From: the human T2T-CHM13v2.0 reference genome, Homo sapiens
Reading direction: 5' to 3' (one strand)
Assembly (NCBI RefSeq): GCF_009914755.1
Contig: NC_060945.1
Length of the DNA: 64,000 bases
Positions 1-14,012 of the stretch are shown here, one piece after another. Positions within the stretch are counted from its first letter, which is position 1, and every line of letters starts with the position of its first letter. Below the pieces are notes generated by a model. It worked only from the letters and a program-made list of their open reading frames with translations, ran no database searches and was not told where the DNA came from. The position numbers and the translations under genes are program-made.

Positions 1-242
1 CCCACAGTGATTCTAATGTAATGCATTTGAGGATGGGACCTAGGATCTGTATTGTTACCAATCTCATCAATAATCCCATCATACACCAAAGTTTGAGAAT
101 CACTGGTTTGCAGAAAGCTATGCCTAGAGATTAGGACAAGTCACTATTCAGAGCAGGTGCCTACTTTTTGACTTGCTGTCCCAGGGAAGAAGGGAAGATG
201 ACACAACAACATTCCCACTTGTAGAAAGAAGAGAATAAACTG

Positions 243-524
243 GGCTGGGTGCAGTGGTTCATGCCTGTAATCCAGCACTTTGGGAGGCCAAGGTGGGCCA
301 ATCACTTGAGGTCAGGAGTTTGAGACCATCCTGGTCAACATGGTGAAACCCTGTCTTTACCAAAAATACAAAAATTAGCCAGATGTGGTGGTACACATAT
401 GTAATCCTAGCAACTCGGGAGGGTGAAGCAGGAAAATCTCTTGAACCCAAGAGGCGGGGGCTGCAGTGAGCCGAGATCACACCACTGCACTTCAGCCTGG
501 GTGACAGAGTGAGACTCAAAAAAG
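243..524 (+). mobile_element. AluS SINE, full length
   Basis: GGCTGGGTGCAGTGG start, dimeric Alu body, short A tail; 15-bp TSD GAAGAGAATAAACTG at 228-242 and 525-539. Confidence 0.97.
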
Positions 525-547
525 GAAGAGAATAAACTGAAGTTTCT

Positions 548-1000
548 GATGGATTGGATGTTGGCTCCCAATTATTTCCCCTCTGTGTTTTCATATCTTT
601 GCCATTTGACTTTGCAGTTCCTCCCACTGTTTCCCTACCTTGTGGTTAGACTTAACCATGTGACTCACTTGGCCAGTGAGATGTGGGCGAAGTAACAGAG
701 TGCCAGTTCCAAGCTTAAACCGTGTTCCTGCTTACCCTCTTGATCTGTACCTTGAGAACAGCTTTTCCTGGTAGCTGCTGCCAGTCCAGACAGGACCCCA
801 GAGTTACACATTGACCAGCCTAAGCCCAAGCAAGAAGCCAAGCCCAGCTGGACCCAACTTGAATCAGAGCTTTTTAGCCAAGAGCAGTTAGATCAATCCA
901 TCTCCATATGAAATCCATACACATGAAAGAAAAACTGATTGCAATTTTGAGCCAATGGATTTGGGGGTGACTTGTCACTCAGCAAAAGCTAACTCATAAC
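548..1000 (+). mobile_element. Old MaLR solo LTR (MLT1I/J-like)
   Basis: MLT1-type blocks (CATGTGACTCACTTGGCCAGTGAGATGTGGGC...GTGCCAGTTCCAAGC) and 3' end TTGTCACTCAGCAAAAGCTAACT. Confidence 0.65.
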
Positions 1001-1795
1001 CTCTCCCCAGTTTTAGCATTATTTGGGTAGCAGGAGTGGGAACTCATGCTCCCTACATTGAAAAGGGGCTCAGACTTTAAGCAAAATAATTTTCCTAATT
1101 TTATGAAACATTAAGGATATATACTACTAGGAAGTATTCTCATCTGAATTCACAGTGTGTCATTTATTTGAATATACCTGAAGAACGAAGCATATGAATG
1201 TAGAAGAGTGAAATAAGAGAAAATAGGAATATTTAGGTCATATAACAGCATCATTTTTTTTTTCAAAATAGAAACAGATTGTTGTACAGAATCCAGCAAT
1301 CCTGGTGGAAATACTCTGCAATGGAAGCATGTTTTCCATTAACTTAAATATTGTGTTAACCTCAATCAAAAATATACTTTCTTAAACTAAATACAGAATT
1401 TATAGTTTTGAGAAACAGAGCCTACAGTCTAAATGGGCAAAGGAACTGATGCAAATGACTCTGTCCCACATGATTAAAAATATTCTTAGTTTTATTTTGT
1501 AAAAATGAAATTAAAACCTAAAATAGAATTTATTCTGTCACTCAACCAAACATTTAGCCATGTGTGGTATCTTTTACATCTCCAGAGTCCATTTTCTTTT
1601 CTCATTGCTGTGTACTGTCTTGAGGCCATAAGGACACGGTTTCTCTCTATTCAATAAAACTACTCAAGAAAAACTTCTCACACACAGACAGCCTCTATCA
1701 TCTCAAGACTCTTGGAGGCTGACATTGCAAGGCAGATCTTTCTACTAAGCTAGTGAATCTGAGAAGTATTGTCAGAGCTCTGTCCTGTTAGAAAG

Positions 1796-2169
1796 TGTAT
1801 TAGTCCGTTTTCACACTGCTACAAAGAACTTCCCTGAGACTGGGTAATTTATAAAGCAAAGAGGTTTAATTGACTCACAGTTCCACATGGCTGGGGAGGC
1901 CTCAGGAAACTTACAGTTGTGGCGGAAGGCTAAGGAGGCATGTCTTACATGGCAGCAGGCAAGAGAGAGCATGTGAAAAAGGAACTGTCGAATGCTTATA
2001 AAACTGTCAGATCTTGGTGTGAACTCTCTCACTATTACAAGACAGCATGGGAGGAACCACCCTCATGATCCAATCACCTCCCACCAAGTCCTTCCTTCGA
2101 CACATGGGGATTATGGGGATTACAATTTGAGATGAGATTTGGTTGGGGACACAGAGTCAAACTATATCA
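1796..2169 (-). mobile_element. MaLR solo LTR (THE1D/MSTA-like)
   Basis: TGTATTAGTCCGTTTTCACACTGCTA...GACTGGGTAATTTATAAAG...GGGACACAGAGTCAAACTATATCA, the reverse complement of a THE1/MST LTR. Confidence 0.92.
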
Positions 2170-4097
2170 AAGAAAGTGATGCAACAGGTAATATATTGTA
2201 TATCTGAGTTGCACTCTGGGCTTTTGGGCTTAATGGGAGTGTCTTGCTATGAAGAAGAAAGATGTATGGAACAAGGAGGGGCAAGAGCCTTCACGGGAGG
2301 CTCAGGCCTCAGAGACTGCAGCCAGCTTTGGATCTTGCCTGTGATCCATGTATTTCTCCTGTACTTCATCTTTGCCTTTTGAGGGACCAAACAAATGTGG
2401 AAACTTAATCACGTCTTCGAAAGAAAGTGAGAACAGGCAGTGGTGGGAGAGAAGCAGTGCACTGTTGGAAGAAAGAGTAAAGGTCCAAATAAATCCTGTC
2501 TGAAAACCCAAGGTAATAAAGTGGGCCCTAATCATGAGAGGAAGATTTCAGGTTAACGCTACCATGCATCCTCCTTTTGCAGGCAACCTCTTCCTCTGGC
2601 TGCTAGAAAAGGAAGAATCCTCTTCATATATCCAGCCTTAGAGGTGAGCAAAGACCAACTCTGTATTCATTTGACATGAAATCAAACATTTCTGGGACTA
2701 GAAGAAGTGATTTCCCAGCCCAGAAGACTATGATGATAAATACAACCTGGATTACTGCAGTGTGGTAGGAGTGGGGTGGGCAAATAACCTGGTGTTTATA
2801 ACGTGTTTAGAAGACTCAGAGTGCTTGATGCTAATTCCCAAGAAGCTGAGTTTCGTATAGCAATGCCAGGGATATCATCATTCCATAAATCTCGTTTACA
2901 CCCTTAGTCACTAGGAAGCTTGGCTTTTTTATTACATCTGACGGTTGCTTCCACAATCATAAACATGATCCTCTGAATCATTTCCACTCTTTGAAAATGT
3001 TAGTTTTAATGTCACACGTAAATTCTGCCATAGCACTAATATTCACAATTTAATTTGCAAAACCTTTAATCCAATATATGGTCTCCCCTATCATTTCGCT
3101 GGAAAACAGAAAATTGTGAAATTCTGTGACTTATTCACTCTACAGTGGAGCAGAACAACTCAAGACCCATCAATCACATGACCAGTCATAGGCAAGTTTA
3201 AAGTACACGTTGTTTTTCAATCACCAGAGCACATTAGATAGTAGGCTCTTTTGCAAAGCAAACTCCCAAAAAAAGAAACATAGGCTTAAATAGTTATCAT
3301 TCTCATTAAACATTTGTCTAGTTCTCTCTTCACTTGAAACAGATGTTAAATCATTTGGAACTTCCCTTTGCTGAGTCCTGTCCTCCACAGAGGCTTGTTC
3401 TCTGTCTCTTTCTCACCCTCTGTCTTCCTCAGGTTAACAACTGCCCCAAGTACCAATCTATAAGGGATACTGCCTATCACTGGGTGTTAAATTTCCACTG
3501 GAAATTTAAGATGTAGAAAATGGTATTGACCATAATATTTTCCAAGGAGAGGACTGCATATGTTTACAAAGAGAGCTTTAAGTCATTTGTAGCCAAAAAG
3601 ACTCTTGAGGTGAATCCTAGAATTGCAAATAAATGTTTGCTCCTCTGCCCTGTCAGAAATGTGCAAGGCTCCTGTTTGGTAGAAAAGAACATGCAAGTTT
3701 TGGGGCCTGAGCTGAATTTCTCCATTAATAGAGAAGAAAGCGGGCTCTCCAGGAGGTGGTCTTTCTCCTCTTGTTCCCCAACCAGTGTACACCCCTCCTT
3801 TAAATTAAATGTAGAGAGAATATTTAAAGACAATGGTTTAAGGTGGTGCTGTATTAGTAGGCTATCCAAGACACTTGTATGACTCAAAGCAACCAAATGC
3901 CCTGCTCTTTTTCTCTTCTTGACGCTGCTCTCTCTTTCCATTTTTCTTGACTTGTTTTAATTTAAAAATTAAAAATGTAATTCTTCCCTCACAGATGTGA
4001 GCTAAGTCTCAGCTCTTCCTTTTATCTCCCAACTCCTGATTCAACTAAGCAAACAAAAAATACCTTCCTTTTCTATTCTTCCTTCTACATGATAAAC

Positions 4098-4402
4098 GCA
4101 AAAAGAAGGAAGGCAGAGAGAGAGAGAAAGAAAAAAAATAAAAAAAGAGAGAAAGAAAAAGAAAGAGAAAGAAAGAAAGAAAGAAAGAAAGAGAAAGGAG
4201 AGAGGGAGGGAGGAAGGAAAGAAAGAAAAGAGAAGAGAGAGAAAGAGAGAGGGAGGAAGGAAGAAAGAAAGGAAGGAAGCAAAGAAGGAAGGAGGGAAGG
4301 AAAGAAAAAGAGGAAGGAAGGAAGGAAGGGAGGGAGAGAGGGAGGGGAAGGGAGAGAAAGAAAAACAGAAAGAAGAAAGGATGAAAGGGGGAAGAAAGAA
4401 AG
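4098..4402. repeat. GA-rich polypurine low-complexity tract (GAAA/GGAA/GA mosaic)
   Basis: ~300 bp almost entirely purine on the + strand; explains ORFs 4041-4445. Confidence 0.97.
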
Positions 4403-4561
4403 ATTGTCTAGAAAAATGCATGATAGTGTTTTAGCAATCATTTAAATGAATCATTCATAACTGTTTTCTCCAATCAGAAATTTGTCTGATTCAGAAAATT
4501 TAGAAGTATTTAAAGAAAAGAAATTTGTCTGACACTACTTCTCTTTACATTGCTGAAAGTG

Positions 4562-5077
4562 GATTTAAATCTACTTTCTCACTCCAAAAATAAACTTCAG
4601 ATAAATTTATATTCTCAGCAACATTCCAAACTCAAACACTTAGCTCACATATAACCCACATATATGGTCATATGAATATATGACTTGAAAAAGCTACATA
4701 AGTGAAAAATGCATAAAATGAATAGTTTCTCTTGCATTATAATCAACAATGTCCTTCAAGGTTTGAGGACAAAACATTCGTTAAAATTAACCACTCAGAT
4801 AACTCAGATGGTAGTGTCAGATTTAAATCTACTTTCTCACTCCAAAAATAAACTTCAGATAAATTTATATTCTCAGCAACATTCCAAACTCAAACACTTA
4901 GCTCACATATAACCCACATATATGGTCATATGAATATATGACTTGAAAAAGCTACATAAGTGAAAAATGCATAAAATGAATAGTTTCTCTTGCATTATAA
5001 TCAACAATGTCCTTCAAGGTTTGAGGACAAAACATTCGTTAAAATTAACCACTCAGATAACTCAGATGGTAGTGTCA
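4562..5077 (+). repeat. Perfect 258-bp tandem duplication (4562-4819 / 4820-5077)
   Basis: No mismatch found by eye between GATTTAAATCTACTTTC...GGTAGTGTCA copies; 2-bp GA junction microhomology. Confidence 0.97.
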
Positions 5078-5618
5078 GAGGCATTTGAACCAGAGCAACT
5101 CCATCTTAAATAGAAGCTGGGTAAAATGAGGCTGAAACCTACTGGGCTGCATTCCCTGAGGGTTAAGGCATTCTAAGTCACAGGATGAGATACGAAGTCA
5201 GCAAAAGATACAGGTCACAAAGACCTTGCTGATAAAACACGCTGCAGTAAAGAAGCCGGCCAAAACCCACTAAAAGCAAGATGGCGACAAGAGTAATCTC
5301 TGGTCATCCTCATTGCTACACTCCCATTAGCGCCATGACAGTTTACAGATGCCATGGCAACATCAGGAAGTTACCCCATATGGTCTAAAAAGGGGAGGCA
5401 TGAATAATCCACTCCTTGTTTAGCATATCATCAAGAAATAACCATAAAAAATTGGCAACCAGCAGCCCTCAGGACTGCTCTATGGAGTAGCCATTCTTTT
5501 ATACCTTTACTTTCCTAATACACTTGCTTTCACTTTATAGACTTGTCCTGAATTCTTTCTCGCTCAAGATCCAAGAACCCTGTCTTGGAGTCTGGATCTG
5601 GACCCCCTTCTGGTAACA
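5073..5618 (+). mobile_element. ERV1 solo LTR, MER41A-like
   Basis: TGTCAGAGGCATTTGAACCAGAGCAACTCCATCTT start, ...GGACCCCCTTCTGGTAACA end, TG..CA termini; 4-bp TSD GTAG/GCAG. Confidence 0.9.
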
Positions 5619-5836
5619 GCAGCCCCAGTCAAAGACTCTCAAAAGCATAACTCATTCAGAGGTAGGCAGACAGAATGAGACTCCCAGGGAGCTTGTCCTG
5701 CTTCTCTGGAGTTAAATGGAAGGCTCACTTCATGATCTCACTCCTTGATTGCCCAACTGCATTAATTTTTTCTGGTTTTAGTTCTTTTTGTCTCCAGATC
5801 TGAGCACTCACCTTGAGAACTCTTTGCTAGACCCAG

Positions 5837-6190
5837 TATGTTAGTCCATTCCTGCTGCTGTCACAAAATATCTTAGACTGGGTAAATCATAAAAAATTTA
5901 TTTCTCACAGTTCTGGAAACTGGGAAGTCCCAGGTCAAGGTGGTGGCAAGTTCAGTATATAGTGGAGGCCCTGTTTCTCACAGATGGTGCTTTCTCTGTG
6001 TCCTCACATGGCCAAAAAGGCAAGGCAGCTCGCTTCAACCTCTTTTATAAGAGCATTAATCCCACCCATGAAAGTGGAGTCCTCATGACTTAATCACTTC
6101 CCAAAAGGCCCCACCCTTTAATACTATTGAATTGGGAGTTAGGTTTCAACATATGAATTCTGGGGGCACATCAACATTTAGATCATAGCA
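5837..6190 (-). mobile_element. MaLR solo LTR (MLT1A0-like)
   Basis: ATTTCTCACAGTTCTGGAAACTGGGAAGTCC...GATCATAGCA; 5-bp TSD CCCAG at 5832-5836 and 6191-6195. Confidence 0.9.
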
Positions 6191-7702
6191 CCCAGTAACT
6201 AAATGATTCATTAGCTACCTAAGGACCTACGGGCTAAAACACATTGGTAAATTATAGTAAACTTATGCTTACTGTGTGATTTTAGCACATTTACCAAGTG
6301 CTTCCAAACAACTGGCTTATTTGTCCATGTCTTCCTCATACAAGATAGAACAAGTAAACTTATTCCTCTTTTATGTACAATGATTACGGAAGTGAAATAG
6401 CAACCTTTTGCTGCTTTAAACAATACATTTATTCAAACATGATAATAAAAATGAAAAATGGATCAATCCTAAAAGATAATAAATGAATACATCTCAAGTT
6501 GGCAATTCACAAATTATGTCAGGCAGAGCACAGCCTGACTCATCAACCCCTCCCAGTGTCCCTATTTTGAAAACTCGTGATCTAACTGTTATTAAGTGTT
6601 TTGAATATCTAAAGTGACTGCCAACAAGACTGTCAGCAGTAGGGCAGGATATCCATCATTGGCAACAAAAAGAGGGCAAGTTGAACACAAATGTTACAAG
6701 ACAGAGACAGAACAGGGAACATTTTAACCTTGCTCAGGGCATGCCCTTAGAAACTATAAGGATTGATGATGCATCAAGATTAATTTGATGACTTGCATTT
6801 CAACCAAGAGGGCAGATTTTCAGGAACGCATATTCTGACTTGGAGCTGGGAAAGGCACAAACCCTGGGCCCAGTCCATCTTTGGGGACTGAGAACAGAGA
6901 GTTGAGAACTCATCTTACTAATAATTCCTGCAATATTGGAGTGTGTGTTTTTAACTTGGAGTCAGACACACTTTTCCTCACCCGCAGAGTGGACAGTAAA
7001 AGTAATCCAGAATGTTGCATCTGTGTTAGCTCTTCTTAGAAGGGCCTGGAGCTGCTACAGGAAGTTTCTCATTTGGAATTATGAAGTTCTTTCTTCTCTT
7101 GGGCCACTTTCTCTTGCAAGTCCAGCTGGGCATTACCCTGCCCCGTGGAATTTACTCCAACGCAGAATCCTTCATGCTTAACCCCAATTCCACTGTCTGG
7201 GCCTTCGGAGTCAGAGCCAAAGCTCAGCAGCAGATAAAGTACAAAAGCTAGCAAGGTAGAATTTGAAGCAAACTGCCCTGGTGTATGGTTTTTAGGGCTG
7301 CCATAACAAACTACCACAGACTGGGTGGCTTCAACTACAGAAATTTATTGTTTAACAATTCTGGAGGCTGAAATCCTGATATCAAGGTGTCAACAAGGTT
7401 GATTTCTCCTGAGGCCTCTGTCTTTAGCTGGTAGATTCCTGTGTCTACACATGGTAGTCCCTCTGTGTGTGTCTACGTTCTAATCTCCTCATTTTGTGAA
7501 GACACCAGTCAGCTTGGATTAGGGCCCACAATAGGACCTCATTTTAATTTAATTACCCCTTCAAAGACCCTATTTCCAAATACAGTCACTTTCTGAGGTA
7601 CCAGGGGGTTAGGACTTCAACAGGAGCTGATCATAATCACAAAAGACACAATCCCAAATATCATCATCTTGAAATCCTGAAAGATCAAAATCCTGAAAAT
7701 AC

Positions 7703-8041
7703 AGAGACAGCCAGGTGGGAGGGGGTCCCGAGAGAAACTCCAACTGGCCTGCACACTGGGAGGAGCATGCACTGGGGTGTAGCCACAGAAGTTCGCGCCT
7801 TTGCAGCAGCGAGGAGCCTGGCCCCTCCTCTTCCTGGGTGGTACCCAGGATTCAATCTGTGAGGCAGGAAGCACACTAGCGGACCCTGGCTTTGTGGAGG
7901 GTCCCTATTTCCCCTTTTTCCCCCTTTTGCCCAATAAATTCCATTATTCTCACCCTTCAAATTGTCTGTGAGCCTAATTTTTTATGGCCATGTGGCAAGG
8001 ACCCACATCTTTAGTGGAACTAAGGAGAGAGTCCTACAACA
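7703..8041 (+). mobile_element. ERV1 solo LTR, MER61A-like
   Basis: GAGACAGCCAGGTGGGAGGGGGTCCC start, internal AATAAA, ends GTCCTACAACA; 4-bp TSD ATAC/ATAT; Ricksha sequence resumes after it. Confidence 0.75.
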
Positions 8042-8529
8042 ATATAATTCTGGAAAAAATGACTTTTAAAATTCTTTAAGATGGAGCCAAGATGGCCGAA
8101 TAGGAACAGCTCCAGTCTACAGCTCCCAGCGTGAGCGACGCAAAAGATGGGTGATTTCTGCATTTCCAACTGAAGTACCGGGTTCATCTCACTGGGGAGT
8201 GTCAGAAAGTGGGTGCAGGACAGTGGGTGCAGCACACCAAGTGTGAGCTGAAGCAGGGCAAGGCATCGCCTCACCCGGTAAGCGCAAGGGGTCAGGGAAT
8301 TCCCTTTCCTAGTCAAAGAAAGGGGTGACAGACAGCACCTGGAAAATCGGGTCACCTCCACCCTAATACTGTGCTTTTCCAACAGTCTTAGCAAACGGCA
8401 CAACAGAAGATTATATCCCACGCCTGGCTCGGAGGGTCCTACACCCACGGAGCCTTGCTCCTTGTTAGCACAGCACTCTGAGATCAAACTGCAAGGTGGC
8501 AGCGAGGCTGGGGGACGGGTGTCCACCAT
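8020..8529 (-). CDS. L1 ORF0 homologue, open for 169 aa
   Basis: ATG at 8529; MVDTRPPASLPPCSLISECCANKEQGSVGVGPSEPGVGY matches the ORF0 N-terminus; translation unproven. Confidence 0.4.
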   Translation of the reverse strand: MVDTRPPASLPPCSLISECCANKEQGSVGVGPSEPGVGYNLLLCRLLRLLEKHSIRVEVTRFSRCCLSPLSLTRKGNSLTPCAYRVRRCLALLQLTLGVLHPLSCTHFLTLPSEMNPVLQLEMQKSPIFCVAHAGSCRLELFLFGHLGSILKNFKSHFFQNYIVVGLSP

Positions 8530-9104
8530 TGCCGAGGCTTGAGTAGGTAAACAAAGCGGCTGGGAAGCTCGAACTGGGTGGAGCCCACCACAGCTCAAGG
8601 AGGCCTGCCTGGCTCTGTAGACTCCACCTCTGGGGGCAGGGCATAGCCAAACAAAAGGCAGCAGTATCCTCTGCAGACTTAAATGTCCCTGTCTGACAGC
8701 TTTGAAGAGACTAGTGGTTCTCCCAGCACGCAGCTGGAGATCTGAGAACGGACAGACTGCCTCCTCAAGTGGGTCCCTGACCCCCGAGTAGCCTAACTGG
8801 GAGGCACCCCCCAGTAGGGGCAGACTGACACCTCACACGGCTGGGTATTCCTCTGAGACAAAACTTCCAGAGGAACAATCAGGCAGCAACATTTGCTGTT
8901 CACCAATATTCGCTGTTCTGCAGCCTCCGCTGCTGATACCCAGGCAAACAGCGTCTGGAGTGGACCTCCAGCAAACTCCAAAAGATATGCAGCTGAGGGT
9001 CCTGAGTGTTAGAAGGAAAACTAACAAACAGAAAGGACATCCACACCAAAACCCCATCTGTACGTCACCATCATCAAAGACCAAAGGTAGATAAAACCAC
9101 AAAG
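8080..9104 (+). promoter_or_regulatory. L1 5'UTR: internal sense promoter (YY1 site CAAGATGGCC) and antisense promoter
   Basis: CAAGATGGCCG at ~8088-8098; CpG-containing UTR; function inferred from known L1PA biology. Confidence 0.75.
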
Positions 9105-10118
9105 ATGGGGAAAAAACAGCAGAAAAACTGGAAACTCTAAAAATCAGAGCGCCTCTCCTCCTCCAAAGGAATGCAGCTCCTCACCAGCAATGGAACAAAG
9201 CTGGATGGAGAATGACTTTAACAAGTTGAGAGAAGAAGGCTTCAGACGATCAAACTACTCTGAGCTAAAGGGGGAAGTTTGAACCCATGGCAAAGAAGTT
9301 AAAAACCTGGAAAAAAATTAGACAAATGGCTAACTAGAATAACCAATGCAGAGAAGTCCTTAAAGGACCTGATGGAGCTGAAAACCAAGGCATGAGAACT
9401 ACATGATGAATGCATAAGCCTCAGTAGCTGATTTGATCAACTGGAAGAAAGGGTCTCAGTGATGGAATATCATATGAACGAAATGAAACGAGAAGAGAAG
9501 TTTAGAGAAAAAAGAATAAAAACAAACGAACAAAGCCTCCAAGAAATATGGGACTATGTGAAAAGACCAAATCTACGTCTGATTGGTGTACCTGAAACTG
9601 ACGGGGAGAATGGAACCAAGCTGGAAAACACTCTGCAGGATATTACCCAGGAGAACTTCCCCAATCTAGCAAGGCGGGCCAACATTCAAATTCAGGAAAT
9701 ACAGAGAACACCACAAAGATACTCCTCAAGAAGAGCTACTCCAAGACACATAATTGTCAGATTCACCAAAGTTGAAATGAAGGAACAAATGTTAAGGGCA
9801 GCCAGAGAGAAAGGTCGGGTAACCCACAAAGGGAAGCCCATCAGACTAACAGCAGATCTCTCAGCAGAAACTCTACAAGCCAGAAGAGAGTGGGGGCCAA
9901 TGTCCAACATTCTTAAAGAAAAGAATTTTCAACCCAGAATTTCATATCCAGCCAAACTAAGCTTCATAAGTGAAGGAGAAATAAAATCCTTTACAGACAA
10001 GCAAATGCTGAGAGATTTTGTTACCACCAGGCCTGCCCTAAAAGAGTTCCTGAAGGAAGCACTAAACATGGAAAGGAATAACCGGTACCAGTCACTGCAA
10101 AAACATGCCAAATTGTAA
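9105..10118 (+). pseudogene. L1 ORF1p, disrupted
   Basis: ATGGGGAAAAAACAG start; in-frame TGA near 9280 and further lesions; C-terminal 219 aa (...RPNLRLIGVPE...KHAKL) still open. Confidence 0.93.
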
Positions 10119-10181
10119 AGACCATCAAGGCTAGGAAGAAAACGCATCAACTAATGAGCAAAATAACCAGCTAACATCATA

Positions 10182-14012
<3,831 letters not shown>

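Noticed and set aside
259-627. Alu-derived ORFs (also 17415, 48580, 51676, 52332, 53706)
   Set aside because: Typical antisense-Alu translations, not genes.
3520-3941. Overlapping 120-125 aa ORFs on both strands in unique DNA
   Set aside because: No recognisable domain or exon structure; consistent with chance ORFs.
4041-4445. 118-126 aa ORFs rich in K/E/R or F/L/S
   Set aside because: Artefacts of the stop-free GA low-complexity tract.
5073-5618. MER41 as an interferon-gamma/STAT1 enhancer
   Set aside because: I see no TTCNNNGAA GAS site; the copy looks like MER41A, which lacks the tandem GAS segment of MER41B.
7762-7771. p53 element in the MER61-like LTR (GAGCATGCAC)
   Set aside because: Only one imperfect half-site with no adjacent partner.
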